64,000 nt of DNA from Candidatus Latescibacterota bacterium (GTDB taxonomy: Bacteria; Latescibacterota; UBA2968; UBA8231), in NCBI GenBank assembly GCA_965206595.1, contig OZ242214.1, positions 2,528,001-2,592,000 on the forward strand, read 5' to 3'. Positions 31,119-40,350 of this stretch are shown piece by piece. The notes below the pieces were generated by a model that was not told where the DNA came from, ran no database searches, and saw only the letters and a program-made list of their open reading frames with translations. The first letter of the stretch is position 1. Every line of letters starts with the position of its first letter. A program made the translations under genes and the position numbers.

Positions 31119-32126
31119 CTACTCGTCCCAGGGAAGCGGCACGCCGAGGCGCGCCCCCACCTCCCGCAGCTGTTCCTCCTCCAGCTCGCCGTAGCGGATG
31201 CCCTCGCGGCGGTGCAGCTGCATGCGCCGCTCCTCGATCGCCCCGGGCAGCAGCGCCTCCTCCATCCCCGGCATCGGCTCGTACGAGGCGCGCACGTCGG
31301 CGACGAGGCGGTCGACTTCGGCGCGGAAGTCCGCTTCGGAGAGCAGGCCGTCGATGCGGATGGCGAGCACCATGCCTCCGGAACCGGCGGCAGGCCAGGA
31401 CTGTTTCACCTCCCCGGCGCGCGCCAGGCCGACGCCGGCGAGCCCGCCTCCGAGCAACGTCGCCACCGCGGTGTATCCCATGCTCTTGTAGAAGGCGGCC
31501 GGGATCTTTTCGTGCAGGGCGTCGAACTCCGGGCCGCGCTGGTAGTCGGCCATGATGCAGGTCGCCGCGTCGAGGACAATCGGGGGCCCCTCTCCCGACG
31601 GCAGCGCAAAGCAGATCGGCGGGTTTCCGTAGTAGGCGAGCTTCGGCCTCTCCCCGGCTCCCCGCCGGTTGCCGTGATCGCGGGTCCCCTGAACCGAGAA
31701 CCCGATCATCCCCGCCTCCATGCAGATGCGGGCGTAATGTCCCGCGGAGCCGTAATGGCCGATGTGGCGCACGGTCGCGATCCCGAGGCCGTACTCCCGA
31801 GCCTTGGCCACGGCCATCTCCGAGGCTTGCGTCATCGGCAGGTACCCGAGCGTGCCGTCGCCGTCGAGGGCCGCCTGGGTCGGGCTCTCCTGCAGCACCG
31901 CGACCTCGGGACCCGGGTTGAGCTCGCCGGTTTCGAAGGACCGGCAGTAGCGGTTCAACTGGCGGGTGCCGTGGGAGCGCACCCCGCGCAGGTCGGAGTT
32001 GACCAGCAGGCGGCTGATGCAGGCGGCGTGGCCGGGGCGGGTCCCGGCCCTTTCGAAGCAGCGGGTCGCGAAGGCGAGGAGCCGTTCCTCCTCGACGATC
32101 AGGTACTCTTCAGGCGGTCTGTTCAT
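31119..32126 (-). CDS. Ldh_2 (type 2 malate/L-lactate dehydrogenase) family oxidoreductase
   Basis: DLRGVRSHG, HYGSAG, GNPPI, LDAAT, LLPG. Confidence 0.85.
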   Translation of the reverse strand: MNRPPEEYLIVEEERLLAFATRCFERAGTRPGHAACISRLLVNSDLRGVRSHGTRQLNRYCRSFETGELNPGPEVAVLQESPTQAALDGDGTLGYLPMTQASEMAVAKAREYGLGIATVRHIGHYGSAGHYARICMEAGMIGFSVQGTRDHGNRRGAGERPKLAYYGNPPICFALPSGEGPPIVLDAATCIMADYQRGPEFDALHEKIPAAFYKSMGYTAVATLLGGGLAGVGLARAGEVKQSWPAAGSGGMVLAIRIDGLLSEADFRAEVDRLVADVRASYEPMPGMEEALLPGAIEERRMQLHRREGIRYGELEEEQLREVGARLGVPLPWDE

Positions 32127-32301
32127 TCCCCTTCTCCTGCGCCTGCCTGCGGGTGTCCTCCTGCCCGGGGCGGGTAGTCTTCAGTGTCTCCGAAACTGGG
32201 TTCGCGGATGCTTCTTCTGCGCTGGAAACAGCCGAAACCATGCCATATCTTGCGAGCCTTCATCCCCGTCGCCCCCTCAAAACACAAGATCGGACCAGCA
32301 G

Positions 32302-33444
32302 ATGAAGCTCGATGTCGTCGAGGTTACCAGGGAGATCGTCAACTTCCCCTCCGAAAGCCTGACCAGCAACGTCGCCTGCACCCGGCACAGCGCCAAGATG
32401 TTGCGGCAGTTGGGCTTCCAGGTCGAGAGCCTGCCGTACACCGACGCCAACGGCGTCGAGAAGCTCAGCGTTGTCGCCAGGCTCGGCAAGGGAACCGGCG
32501 GGCTCGCGCTGATGAGCCACAACGACGTCGTCCCCGCCAACATGGAGGACGGCTGGACCGGGGACCCCTACGATGCGCGGGTCTCCGGCGGCAAGGTGAT
32601 CGGCCGCGGTAGCGCCGACATGAAAGGGCCGCTGGCCGCCTCGATCTGCGCTGCCGCCCGCTTCAGGGCCGGCGACCTCAAGGCGCCGCTCTACATCGTC
32701 ATAACCGCGGACGAGGAGATCTCAGGTGTCGGGGCCGGCATGGTGACCGACGAGTCCCGCCTGTTCGCCGAAGCCGCGGACGGCTACGGGATCGTCTGCG
32801 AGCCGACCCGCCTGCGCGTGGTCCATGCCCACAAGGCCGGGATGTCGTTCGTGGTCACCTCGAATGGGAAGCCGGCGCACACCAGCACCCTGCGGGGGAT
32901 CAACGCCAACCTCAAGATGATTCCCTTCCTGCAGGAGATGGCCGAGCTCAACGAGCTGGTGCTCACCGCCGAGCGCTTCCGCAACGACGAGTTCGACCCG
33001 CCGCACTCGGAGCTGACGATCAGCGTCAACGACCACAACATCGCCATGAACATCAGCCCGGCGCGCAGCGTCTGCCGCCTCTCCTACCGCTGCATGCCCG
33101 GCGTCGACCCCAGCGAGATCGTCGAGCGCGTGCGGGACTCGGCGCGCCGGCACCGCCTCGACTGCCGCTACAACAGTTCCGGCAGCCCGGTGTACACCCC
33201 GGTAGATTCCCCCTGGGTGCGGACCGCCCTCAGGCTCACCGGCACGCGCAAGGCGCGCACCGTGCCCTTCGGCACCGACGGCATCCATTATGTAAGGAAG
33301 ATGAAGCAGCTGCTGGTGCTCGGCCCGGGGGACATCGCCCAGGCCCACACCGCGGACGAGTGGATCGAGGTCGATCAGCTGCGAAAGGGGGTGGAGGTGT
33401 ACTCCCGCTTCATCGACCGGGTCTGCGTGCAGGGGGAACTGTAG
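32302..33444 (+). CDS. M20 peptidase (ArgE/DapE-like deacylase)
   Basis: SHNDVVP, GRGSADMKG, DEE, EPT, AHTADE. Confidence 0.9.
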   Translation: MKLDVVEVTREIVNFPSESLTSNVACTRHSAKMLRQLGFQVESLPYTDANGVEKLSVVARLGKGTGGLALMSHNDVVPANMEDGWTGDPYDARVSGGKVIGRGSADMKGPLAASICAAARFRAGDLKAPLYIVITADEEISGVGAGMVTDESRLFAEAADGYGIVCEPTRLRVVHAHKAGMSFVVTSNGKPAHTSTLRGINANLKMIPFLQEMAELNELVLTAERFRNDEFDPPHSELTISVNDHNIAMNISPARSVCRLSYRCMPGVDPSEIVERVRDSARRHRLDCRYNSSGSPVYTPVDSPWVRTALRLTGTRKARTVPFGTDGIHYVRKMKQLLVLGPGDIAQAHTADEWIEVDQLRKGVEVYSRFIDRVCVQGEL

Positions 33445-33603
33445 CGGATCGGGAAGGAGTCCATTCGGCCAGCCCTGTCCACCGCTTGCCGCGGGCTTGC
33501 CGGGGGGCCGCCGAGGCAGGCAACCCGGCGAGACTGGAAGATCCCGGCTTCAATCGAGGGATTTCCCGGCAGTCCCGCGGCTTGGCGCGACCGCGGGCGG
33601 GGC

Positions 33604-34644
33604 TCAGGCAGTCACCGCCCGCTCGAGAAGCCCCTTGGCGATCAGCGCCTCGGCGATCTGGATGGCGTTGAGGGCCGCTCCCTTGCGCAGCTGGTCGCCG
33701 CTGACGAACAGCTCGATGCCGCGGCCGTCGCTGCGCGAGATGTCCCGGCGGATGCGCCCGACGAGCACCTCGTCCCTTCCCGAGGCCTCGATCGGCATCG
33801 GAAAGTGGTTGTTCCCCGGATCGTCGACGATCTGGACTCCCGGTGCCGCGGCGAGGACTTCCCTGGCGCGCTCCGGGCTCATCGGCTCCTCGAACTCAAT
33901 GTTGACCGACTCGGAGTGGGCGCGCATCACCGGGACGCGGACGCAGGTCGGCGCGATCCCGATGGCGTCGTCGTGGAAGATCTTCCGCGTCTCCCGGACC
34001 ATCTTCTCCTCTTCCTCGCAGTACCCCTCCTCGCCGATGGCGGAGTTGTGCGAGAACAGGTTGAAGGCGATCTGGTGGGGCAGCTCCCGCGGCGAGGCCG
34101 GGTTGCCTGCCAGCACCTGGCGGGTCTGCTCGTCCAGCTCGGCCATCGCTTTGGCCCCGGCGCCGCTGATCGCCTGGTAGGTCGACACCACGGCGCGCCG
34201 GATCCGGTTGACCTGGTGAAGGGGCCAGATGGCGACGTCGAGGATGATGGTGGAGCAGTTGGGGTTGGCGATGATGCCGGAATGCCACTCGAGGTCCTCC
34301 GGGTTGATCTCCGGGACGACGAGGGGGACCTCCTCATCCATGCGGAAGGCCGGGGTATTGTCGACGACGACGGCGCGGCTGGCGATGGCGCGCGGGGCGA
34401 ACTCCCGGCTGATGGCCCCGCCTGCCGACGACAACACCAGATCGATGCCGTCGAACGAGGCTTCGGCGAGGTCCTGCACGATCAGCTTCTCGCCGCGGAA
34501 CTCGATCTCCCTGCCGGCAGAGCGCCGCGACGACAGCAGCTTCAACTCGCCCACCGGAAAGTTCCGCTCCGCCAGGAGCTCGAGCATCACTTCTCCTACG
34601 GCGCCGGTGGCCCCGACGAGGGCAACGTAGTACCTGTCTTCCAT
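33604..34644 (-). CDS. asd: Aspartate-semialdehyde dehydrogenase
   Basis: VGATGAVG, NPNCST, CVRVPVMRAHSE, LRKGAALN. Confidence 0.96.
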   Translation of the reverse strand: MEDRYYVALVGATGAVGEVMLELLAERNFPVGELKLLSSRRSAGREIEFRGEKLIVQDLAEASFDGIDLVLSSAGGAISREFAPRAIASRAVVVDNTPAFRMDEEVPLVVPEINPEDLEWHSGIIANPNCSTIILDVAIWPLHQVNRIRRAVVSTYQAISGAGAKAMAELDEQTRQVLAGNPASPRELPHQIAFNLFSHNSAIGEEGYCEEEEKMVRETRKIFHDDAIGIAPTCVRVPVMRAHSESVNIEFEEPMSPERAREVLAAAPGVQIVDDPGNNHFPMPIEASGRDEVLVGRIRRDISRSDGRGIELFVSGDQLRKGAALNAIQIAEALIAKGLLERAVTA

Positions 34645-34755
34645 TAATCCTATACCTCCATGTTCCAATAAATTTCCGACTGGCATTTCAGTGGTTGAAT
34701 CAGATTGAGATCCCGAAACCGGCCGCCGCTCTGCGTCCCTCCGGCCCTCAACAGC

Positions 34756-35940
34756 TCACGCCATCAACATCTCGATCATGCGATGGCCGTGGTCCAGCTT
34801 CTCGGCCCCCTGCTCTGCCGCGGCCTCGCTGTAGGACGGCATCCCGTCCGCCTCGATCCCGGAACCCCAGAGAACGAACGGCACGGGCTCGCGGCTGTGC
34901 GTACGTAGCGCGATCGGGGTGCGGTGATCGGGCGCCAGCAGGATGCGCGCCGGTTCCTTCAGGGCCTCCAGCCCGGAGAGCAGGGTGCCGACTACCTTGC
35001 CGTCGAAATCCTCGATTGCCCGCTTCTTGCCCTCGACGTCCCCGTTGTGGCCGGCCTCGTCAGGAGCCTCGACGTGGACGTACACGAAGTCATCGCTTTT
35101 CAGGGCGGCCAGGGCATGCTCCGCCTTGCTGGTGTAGTTGGTGTCGAGGTACCCGGTGATCCCCGGCACGTGGATGACCCTCAGGCCCGCGGCGACGCCG
35201 ATGCCGCGCACGAGGTCGACCGCGGAGATCACGCCCCCGGTAACCCCGAACCTCGATCCGATCCCCGGCAGTTGCAGGGCGCGGCCCGACCCCCAGAGCC
35301 AGATGGCGTTGGCCTGGTAAAGCCCGGACGCCGCCCGCCGTTTGTTCACCTCCGCCCCGGCGAGCACCGGTTCCGCCTCCGCCATCAGCCGGCGGATCTC
35401 CCCCGCCCCCTCGCCGCTGGGCAGATGCGCGGCAATCGACTCCCCCATGATGTCGTGGGGAGGGAAGGACTTCAGCTCTCCGGGGCCGTTCGTGTAGACC
35501 ATGAGATGCCGGTACCCGACCCCGGGATGGAAGCTGATCCCGTCCCGCTGCAGTTGCGCCGCGATCAGCGCCACCAGCTCCGCGGCCTCTTCGGTGCCGA
35601 TATGGCCGGCGCTGTAGTCGGCGAGGATGTCCCCGTCGCGGGTGATGAGGTTGCAGCGGAAGGCGACGTCCCCCTCACCGAGCGGCACCCCCATGCTCGC
35701 CGCTTCGAGCGGGGCGCGGCCGCTGTAGTGGACGCGGCTGTCGTACCCGAAGATCTCGAGGTTGCCGACGTCGCTGCCCGGATGCTGCTCCGGCGGGATC
35801 GTCTGTACCAGTCCGCCCCTGCCCTCGCGCGCGAGGCGGTCCATGTGCGGCGTCGCCGCGGCCTGCAGCGGGGTGCGACCACCGAGCTCTTCGAGGGGGT
35901 AGTCGGCAGCGCCGTCGGGAACCAGGACCAGGTACTTCAT
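34756..35940 (-). CDS. apgM: Cofactor-independent phosphoglycerate mutase (ApgM-type)
   Basis: DGAAD, PGSDVGN, HVEAPDEAGH, PDHRTP...RTH; TAATG coupling to hom. Confidence 0.88.
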   Translation of the reverse strand: MKYLVLVPDGAADYPLEELGGRTPLQAAATPHMDRLAREGRGGLVQTIPPEQHPGSDVGNLEIFGYDSRVHYSGRAPLEAASMGVPLGEGDVAFRCNLITRDGDILADYSAGHIGTEEAAELVALIAAQLQRDGISFHPGVGYRHLMVYTNGPGELKSFPPHDIMGESIAAHLPSGEGAGEIRRLMAEAEPVLAGAEVNKRRAASGLYQANAIWLWGSGRALQLPGIGSRFGVTGGVISAVDLVRGIGVAAGLRVIHVPGITGYLDTNYTSKAEHALAALKSDDFVYVHVEAPDEAGHNGDVEGKKRAIEDFDGKVVGTLLSGLEALKEPARILLAPDHRTPIALRTHSREPVPFVLWGSGIEADGMPSYSEAAAEQGAEKLDHGHRMIEMLMA

Positions 35941-37238
35941 TACAGCTCTTCCATGCGGATCAGGACCACGTCCTCCTCGACCATCTCCAGCCGGTTCAGG
36001 GCGGCCACCGCCTGCCTCATCGCCTCTTCCCGGGCCTCGTGGGTGACGATGATCAGGGGGACGCTGCCGCCCTGGAGGTCGCGTTCCTTCTGGATCACCG
36101 AGGCGATGCTGATCCGCTCCTGCGCCAGGATGCGGGCGATGCGCTCGAGGACCCCGGGCTTGTCGGCCACCAGCAGGCGCAGGTAGAAGCGGATCTCCGC
36201 GTCCCGCACGTCGGCGAAGGCCCGCCCCCCTTCGGCTGGGATCATGTCGCGAATCGCCGGGCCGGCCCCCGATGCCCGGCGCTCGGCGAGCTCGACCATG
36301 TCGGCGACCACGGCGCTGGCCGTCGGCATGCGGCCCGCCCCCTTGCCGTAGAAGACCTGCGTGTCGACGGCGCTGCCGACCACCTCGATGGCGTTGAACT
36401 CGTCGTGGATGTTGGCCAGCAGCGACTCGCTCGGGACCATCGCCGGGTGCACGCGGGCCTCCACCCGGCCCCCGGCGCGCTTGGCGATGGCGAGCAGCTT
36501 GATCGTGTACCCGAGCTCGCGGGCGTACTCGATGTCCTCGGCGGCGATCCCCTCGATCCCCTCGCAGTAGATGCCGGCGTGGGTGCCGGTGGTGTGGAAG
36601 GCGATGCGGCACAGGATCGCCAGCTTCTGGGCGGCGTCCATGCCGCTGACGTCCATGGTCGGGTCGGGCTCGGCGTAGCCCAGGGCCTGGGCCTCGGCCA
36701 GAATCTCCGCGTAGCTGCCCTCGCCGCGGGTCATGCGGGTCATGATGTAATTGGTGGTGCCGTTGAGGATGCCGTACAGGGACTCGACCTCGTTGGCGAC
36801 CAGGCCGTTGCGCAGGGAACGAATGATCGGGATGCCGGCGGCGACGCTGGCCTCGAACATCAGGTCGGCCCCATTCTCCAGGGCAAGGGCGAAGAGCTCG
36901 TCGCCGTGCTCGGCGAGGACGGCCTTGTTGGCGGTGACCACGTCCTTGCCCGCCTCGAGAGCGGCGCGGATCCAGTCGGCCGCGGGCTCCGCCCCGGTCA
37001 GCTCTACCACCATTCCGACGCCGGGATCGCGGACAACCTCCAGGGGATCCGCGGTAAGCAGACCGGCGTCGACCTCGACGTCCCGCGGCCTGCCCGGGTC
37101 GCGCACAGCGATCCGCCGGATCTCCAGGGCCGCCCGGCGCCGCCGCATCGACTCGGAGGCGTCCCCGACCAGACGGACGACGCCGCCGCCGACGGTGCCG
37201 AGACCGATCAGCCCCACTCCGAGGGAGGAAGCGGTCAC
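35940..37238 (-). CDS. hom: Homoserine dehydrogenase with ACT domain
   Basis: GLGTVGGG, VVTANK, GILNGTTN, GYAEPDP, DKPGVL. Confidence 0.96.
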   Translation of the reverse strand: MTASSLGVGLIGLGTVGGGVVRLVGDASESMRRRRAALEIRRIAVRDPGRPRDVEVDAGLLTADPLEVVRDPGVGMVVELTGAEPAADWIRAALEAGKDVVTANKAVLAEHGDELFALALENGADLMFEASVAAGIPIIRSLRNGLVANEVESLYGILNGTTNYIMTRMTRGEGSYAEILAEAQALGYAEPDPTMDVSGMDAAQKLAILCRIAFHTTGTHAGIYCEGIEGIAAEDIEYARELGYTIKLLAIAKRAGGRVEARVHPAMVPSESLLANIHDEFNAIEVVGSAVDTQVFYGKGAGRMPTASAVVADMVELAERRASGAGPAIRDMIPAEGGRAFADVRDAEIRFYLRLLVADKPGVLERIARILAQERISIASVIQKERDLQGGSVPLIIVTHEAREEAMRQAVAALNRLEMVEEDVVLIRMEEL

Positions 37239-37419
37239 GGCGTTCTTCCGGGAAATGAAGTGCCGTTGTCGGGAACGTGGCCCCGCAGGCAATCGGCGCG
37301 CCTCGGGCCTTCGCGCCCCGGATGCCTTTCATGGCCCCCCTGCGGGGCGATGCCCCAACTGCCTTCCAGGCGCCCGGGCAAGCTCGTGCACTGCATGCTG
37401 CTCACGCTCGGCATGCCGT

Positions 37420-37896
37420 TCATCCCCCGTACTCCGTGGCGCACCAGGTGAACAGGGTCTCCCACTCCCGCCGCTGCAGGGCCACGAGATCCGCGGGAGT
37501 TTCTGCGTGCCGTTTCTCGACGGCGCTTATGAAATCGCCGGGATCGTACCCGATCCGGGATATAGCCGGATGGTCCCCGACCTTGTTGAACCAGTAGCGG
37601 CTGTTGTCGAAGTCCCCCTCGCGGCGATGCATGATCCCGTGCCAGAAGGAGCCGGTGGCGTCGTCGATCTGCTGGCAAATCCGGTGGCTGCGGTCGAGGT
37701 CGTCGGCGTAGAGCCAGAGGGCCGCCTGCAGGACCGGAGCGGCCAGCGCCTCATCCTCGAGCACCGTTTCGACGCTGCCGGCGGCAGCGGCCGGCGGGGG
37801 CCCGGAGACGACGAGGCGGTCCAGCGACGACTGCCGGGGAAGTTGGTTCCACAGCGGCTTCAGTGCCCGCGCCACGGCCTCGGGAAGGTCCTTCAT
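37420..37896 (-). CDS. Conserved hypothetical protein
   Basis: SHRICQ...WHGIMHRREGDFDNSRYWF; GGAG RBS. Confidence 0.75.
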   Translation of the reverse strand: MKDLPEAVARALKPLWNQLPRQSSLDRLVVSGPPPAAAAGSVETVLEDEALAAPVLQAALWLYADDLDRSHRICQQIDDATGSFWHGIMHRREGDFDNSRYWFNKVGDHPAISRIGYDPGDFISAVEKRHAETPADLVALQRREWETLFTWCATEYGG

Positions 37897-38001
37897 CGCT
37901 CTTCTCCTTGTTGTCGTAACTTCAGTGTGTGAATGTACATATGACAGTTTGTACGGTCAACGGAAGGGCTTGTTTGCGTTGCCGTAGGAGCGGATTCCCG
38001 C

Positions 38002-38628
38002 TATGATCTGGCCGCCATGACCCACCTGCTCACAGCCCTCGCCTGCGCCCTGGCGAGCGCTGCCCCTTCCTCCACCCCTGCGGCCCCCGACCCCGGCGCG
38101 GATTCTACCGGCACTTCCGAAGAGCTCATCCTCCCTGCCACCTTGCAGGACATCGACGGGCGCGAGCTCGACCTGGCGGAACTGGTACGGCGCCGGCGGG
38201 TGGTGTTCGTCACCCTGAAGGCGCCGTGGTGCCAGGTCTGCTCGCGGCAGCTCGTGCGCCTGCGGGCGCTGCAGTCGCGGCTGAGCCAGTGCGGGACCTC
38301 CTTCGTCGTCCTTGCGCCCGGGCCGCCCAAGGAAATCTCCGAGGTCCGGCGCATCACCGGCTTCTCGGCCAGCTACGTCGAGGACGTCGGTCTTGAGCTC
38401 GCCCGCGGCCTCGGCCTGCAGCTCGCCGAGGACCAGATCCAACCGGCCATCTTCAGAATAGACCGGCACCTGCGGGTTACCTGGATGCAGGCTGGCCGCT
38501 CCGGCCGCTACTACGGCGACCGCGGCCTGCTGCGCCATCTCGACTGCGGAAAGGTCGAGACGGTCACCCTCCCGGGGCTGCGACCGCTTGATAGCGCTGG
38601 CATAGAAACGACCGCTCCCTACCGATAA
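38002..38628 (+). CDS. Exported peroxiredoxin-like/thioredoxin-fold protein
   Basis: Signal peptide, APWCQVC motif. Confidence 0.65.
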   Translation, partial: YDLAAMTHLLTALACALASAAPSSTPAAPDPGADSTGTSEELILPATLQDIDGRELDLAELVRRRRVVFVTLKAPWCQVCSRQLVRLRALQSRLSQCGTSFVVLAPGPPKEISEVRRITGFSASYVEDVGLELARGLGLQLAEDQIQPAIFRIDRHLRVTWMQAGRSGRYYGDRGLLRHLDCGKVETVTLPGLRPLDSAGIETTAPYR

Positions 38629-38711
38629 GCCAGCCCCGGCCTCGCTCGGGCTCCCGCGGCCCCGGTGCGGAAGAATCACTGCCGGCTCCCACCCGGGATC
38701 CGGTTCGGATT

Positions 38712-40226
38712 TTACTGTCCGGACACGGTCGTTCCTGGCGGCGGGCTTTTTCGCCCCCGCCCCAGCGACCTCACCAGTGCCCGGATCTCGTGCCGTTCCC
38801 CAGGGTGCATCCAGAGGGCAAGCGCCGAAACCGCGGCGAAGACCCCGCTCCCCAGGACGAGGCGGACCATGGCGTCGTCCACGGGCTGGGCGGCCGCGGC
38901 GCTGACCAGGGCGACGGTGGAGGAAATCGCCGCGACCCGCGCCAGGCGGCTCCAGGGCAGCAGGTCTGCGAGCCCGCGGCGCAGATGGCGGGAGATCAGA
39001 AAAACCAGCAGGGAGATCTGCAGCCAGGTTGCCAGCAAGGTGGCAAGCGCCGGACCCAGGAGCGCGTGCCCGGGGGCGTGGACAGAGAGGACCTGCACGA
39101 AGGCGACGCTCAACGCCAAGTTCAGCAGCAGATCCCCGACGCTTCCCCAGAGCGCCCAGTGGGCCTTGCCCGTGGCGATGAGCAGGGGGTTGTAGACCGC
39201 GCAGCGCAGGGGAAGCATCAACAGGAAGACGCGGAACACGCCTTCGGCCTCGCGGTACTCCTCCGGAACGTAGAGGGCGATCAGCTCCCCGGCGAAGGCG
39301 AACAGGTAGCAGAACAGCGGCAGAATGAACAGGGCCAGTCCCCCCACCGAGCGCTTCCAGAGCGCCGCAATCCCCGCGAGATCGCCGTCGCGGTAGCGGG
39401 CGCTTATCTCCGGAACGAGGACGGTGATGACGGCGCTGAGGAGAAGGCCGACCGGCACCTCGATCGCACCTATGTGGTAGATGCCGAAGGCGCTGGTCGA
39501 AAAGAAGAGGAAGACGACGAGCCGGTCGACGTTGCGCGAGAGGCTGCCCACCGCGTCGTTGAGGCCGATCTGGAAGGAGTAGCGGAGCAGCTCGCCGAAG
39601 CGGTCCCCGGGGGGCCACCCGAACCCGACCGCCCTGGCCACCAGCAACGAGGCGACGGCGCAGCGCAGCAACGCCAGCGCCGACACCGCCCACAGGAATT
39701 CCGCCAGCCCCCACCCGTTAAGCGCGACAGCCAGGGCGGTGGCGATCATGCCGGCGGCAGTGCCGAAGGCGAGCCCGGCCTGCCACGTCGCCCTGCCCGC
39801 GGCCACCAGCGCCGACTCGACATATCCGGCGGCAACGAGGGCCGCGGCATACGGCAGAAACGGGGTGATGTAGGTGCCCAGAGCGGCGAAGTCGACACCC
39901 TCCCACGACAGCTCCGTCATCGCCGCCAACCTGAGAAGCCCGGCGAGGATCAGCCCGGAGGAGAGCAGGCAGAGCGCCGTCTGCGACACCAGCACCGCCT
40001 GCCCGTGCGAGTTGCGGCGGGGGAAGAAATACAGCAGCCCGGTCGGCAGGCCGGCCAAGAAGACCGGGACCAGGGTGTTGGCGAGGACCCAGACGCTGCC
40101 GAAGCGGCCGAACTCCTCCGGCACCCAGACCCGCGTCAGGATGACGTTGACGGCGAAGATGCTGGCCGTGGAGACGCCCCGGGCGCAGGCGACGATCGCT
40201 ATCTTGCGGGTCAGGCCTTCAGCCAC
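38712..40226 (-). CDS. Polysaccharide flippase (Wzx/MOP superfamily)
   Basis: Many TM segments; DRLVV...FGIY pattern. Confidence 0.8.
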   Translation of the reverse strand: MAEGLTRKIAIVACARGVSTASIFAVNVILTRVWVPEEFGRFGSVWVLANTLVPVFLAGLPTGLLYFFPRRNSHGQAVLVSQTALCLLSSGLILAGLLRLAAMTELSWEGVDFAALGTYITPFLPYAAALVAAGYVESALVAAGRATWQAGLAFGTAAGMIATALAVALNGWGLAEFLWAVSALALLRCAVASLLVARAVGFGWPPGDRFGELLRYSFQIGLNDAVGSLSRNVDRLVVFLFFSTSAFGIYHIGAIEVPVGLLLSAVITVLVPEISARYRDGDLAGIAALWKRSVGGLALFILPLFCYLFAFAGELIALYVPEEYREAEGVFRVFLLMLPLRCAVYNPLLIATGKAHWALWGSVGDLLLNLALSVAFVQVLSVHAPGHALLGPALATLLATWLQISLLVFLISRHLRRGLADLLPWSRLARVAAISSTVALVSAAAAQPVDDAMVRLVLGSGVFAAVSALALWMHPGERHEIRALVRSLGRGRKSPPPGTTVSGQ

Positions 40227-40350
40227 TTGGTAGCACAGGCTTGTTTTTTGGGCGCGGCCGGCGCCGGGACCGGGGCAGGCGCTTCCGGGAAAAGCCAGAT
40301 TCCTCCGAGTGGAGGCGGAAATCCCGACACGCTGCGGTCCGCGACTTGGA

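Noticed and set aside
34756-37332. 858-aa ORF suggesting a fusion
   Set aside because: The N-terminal part is an off-frame reading of hom; the real apgM starts at 35940.
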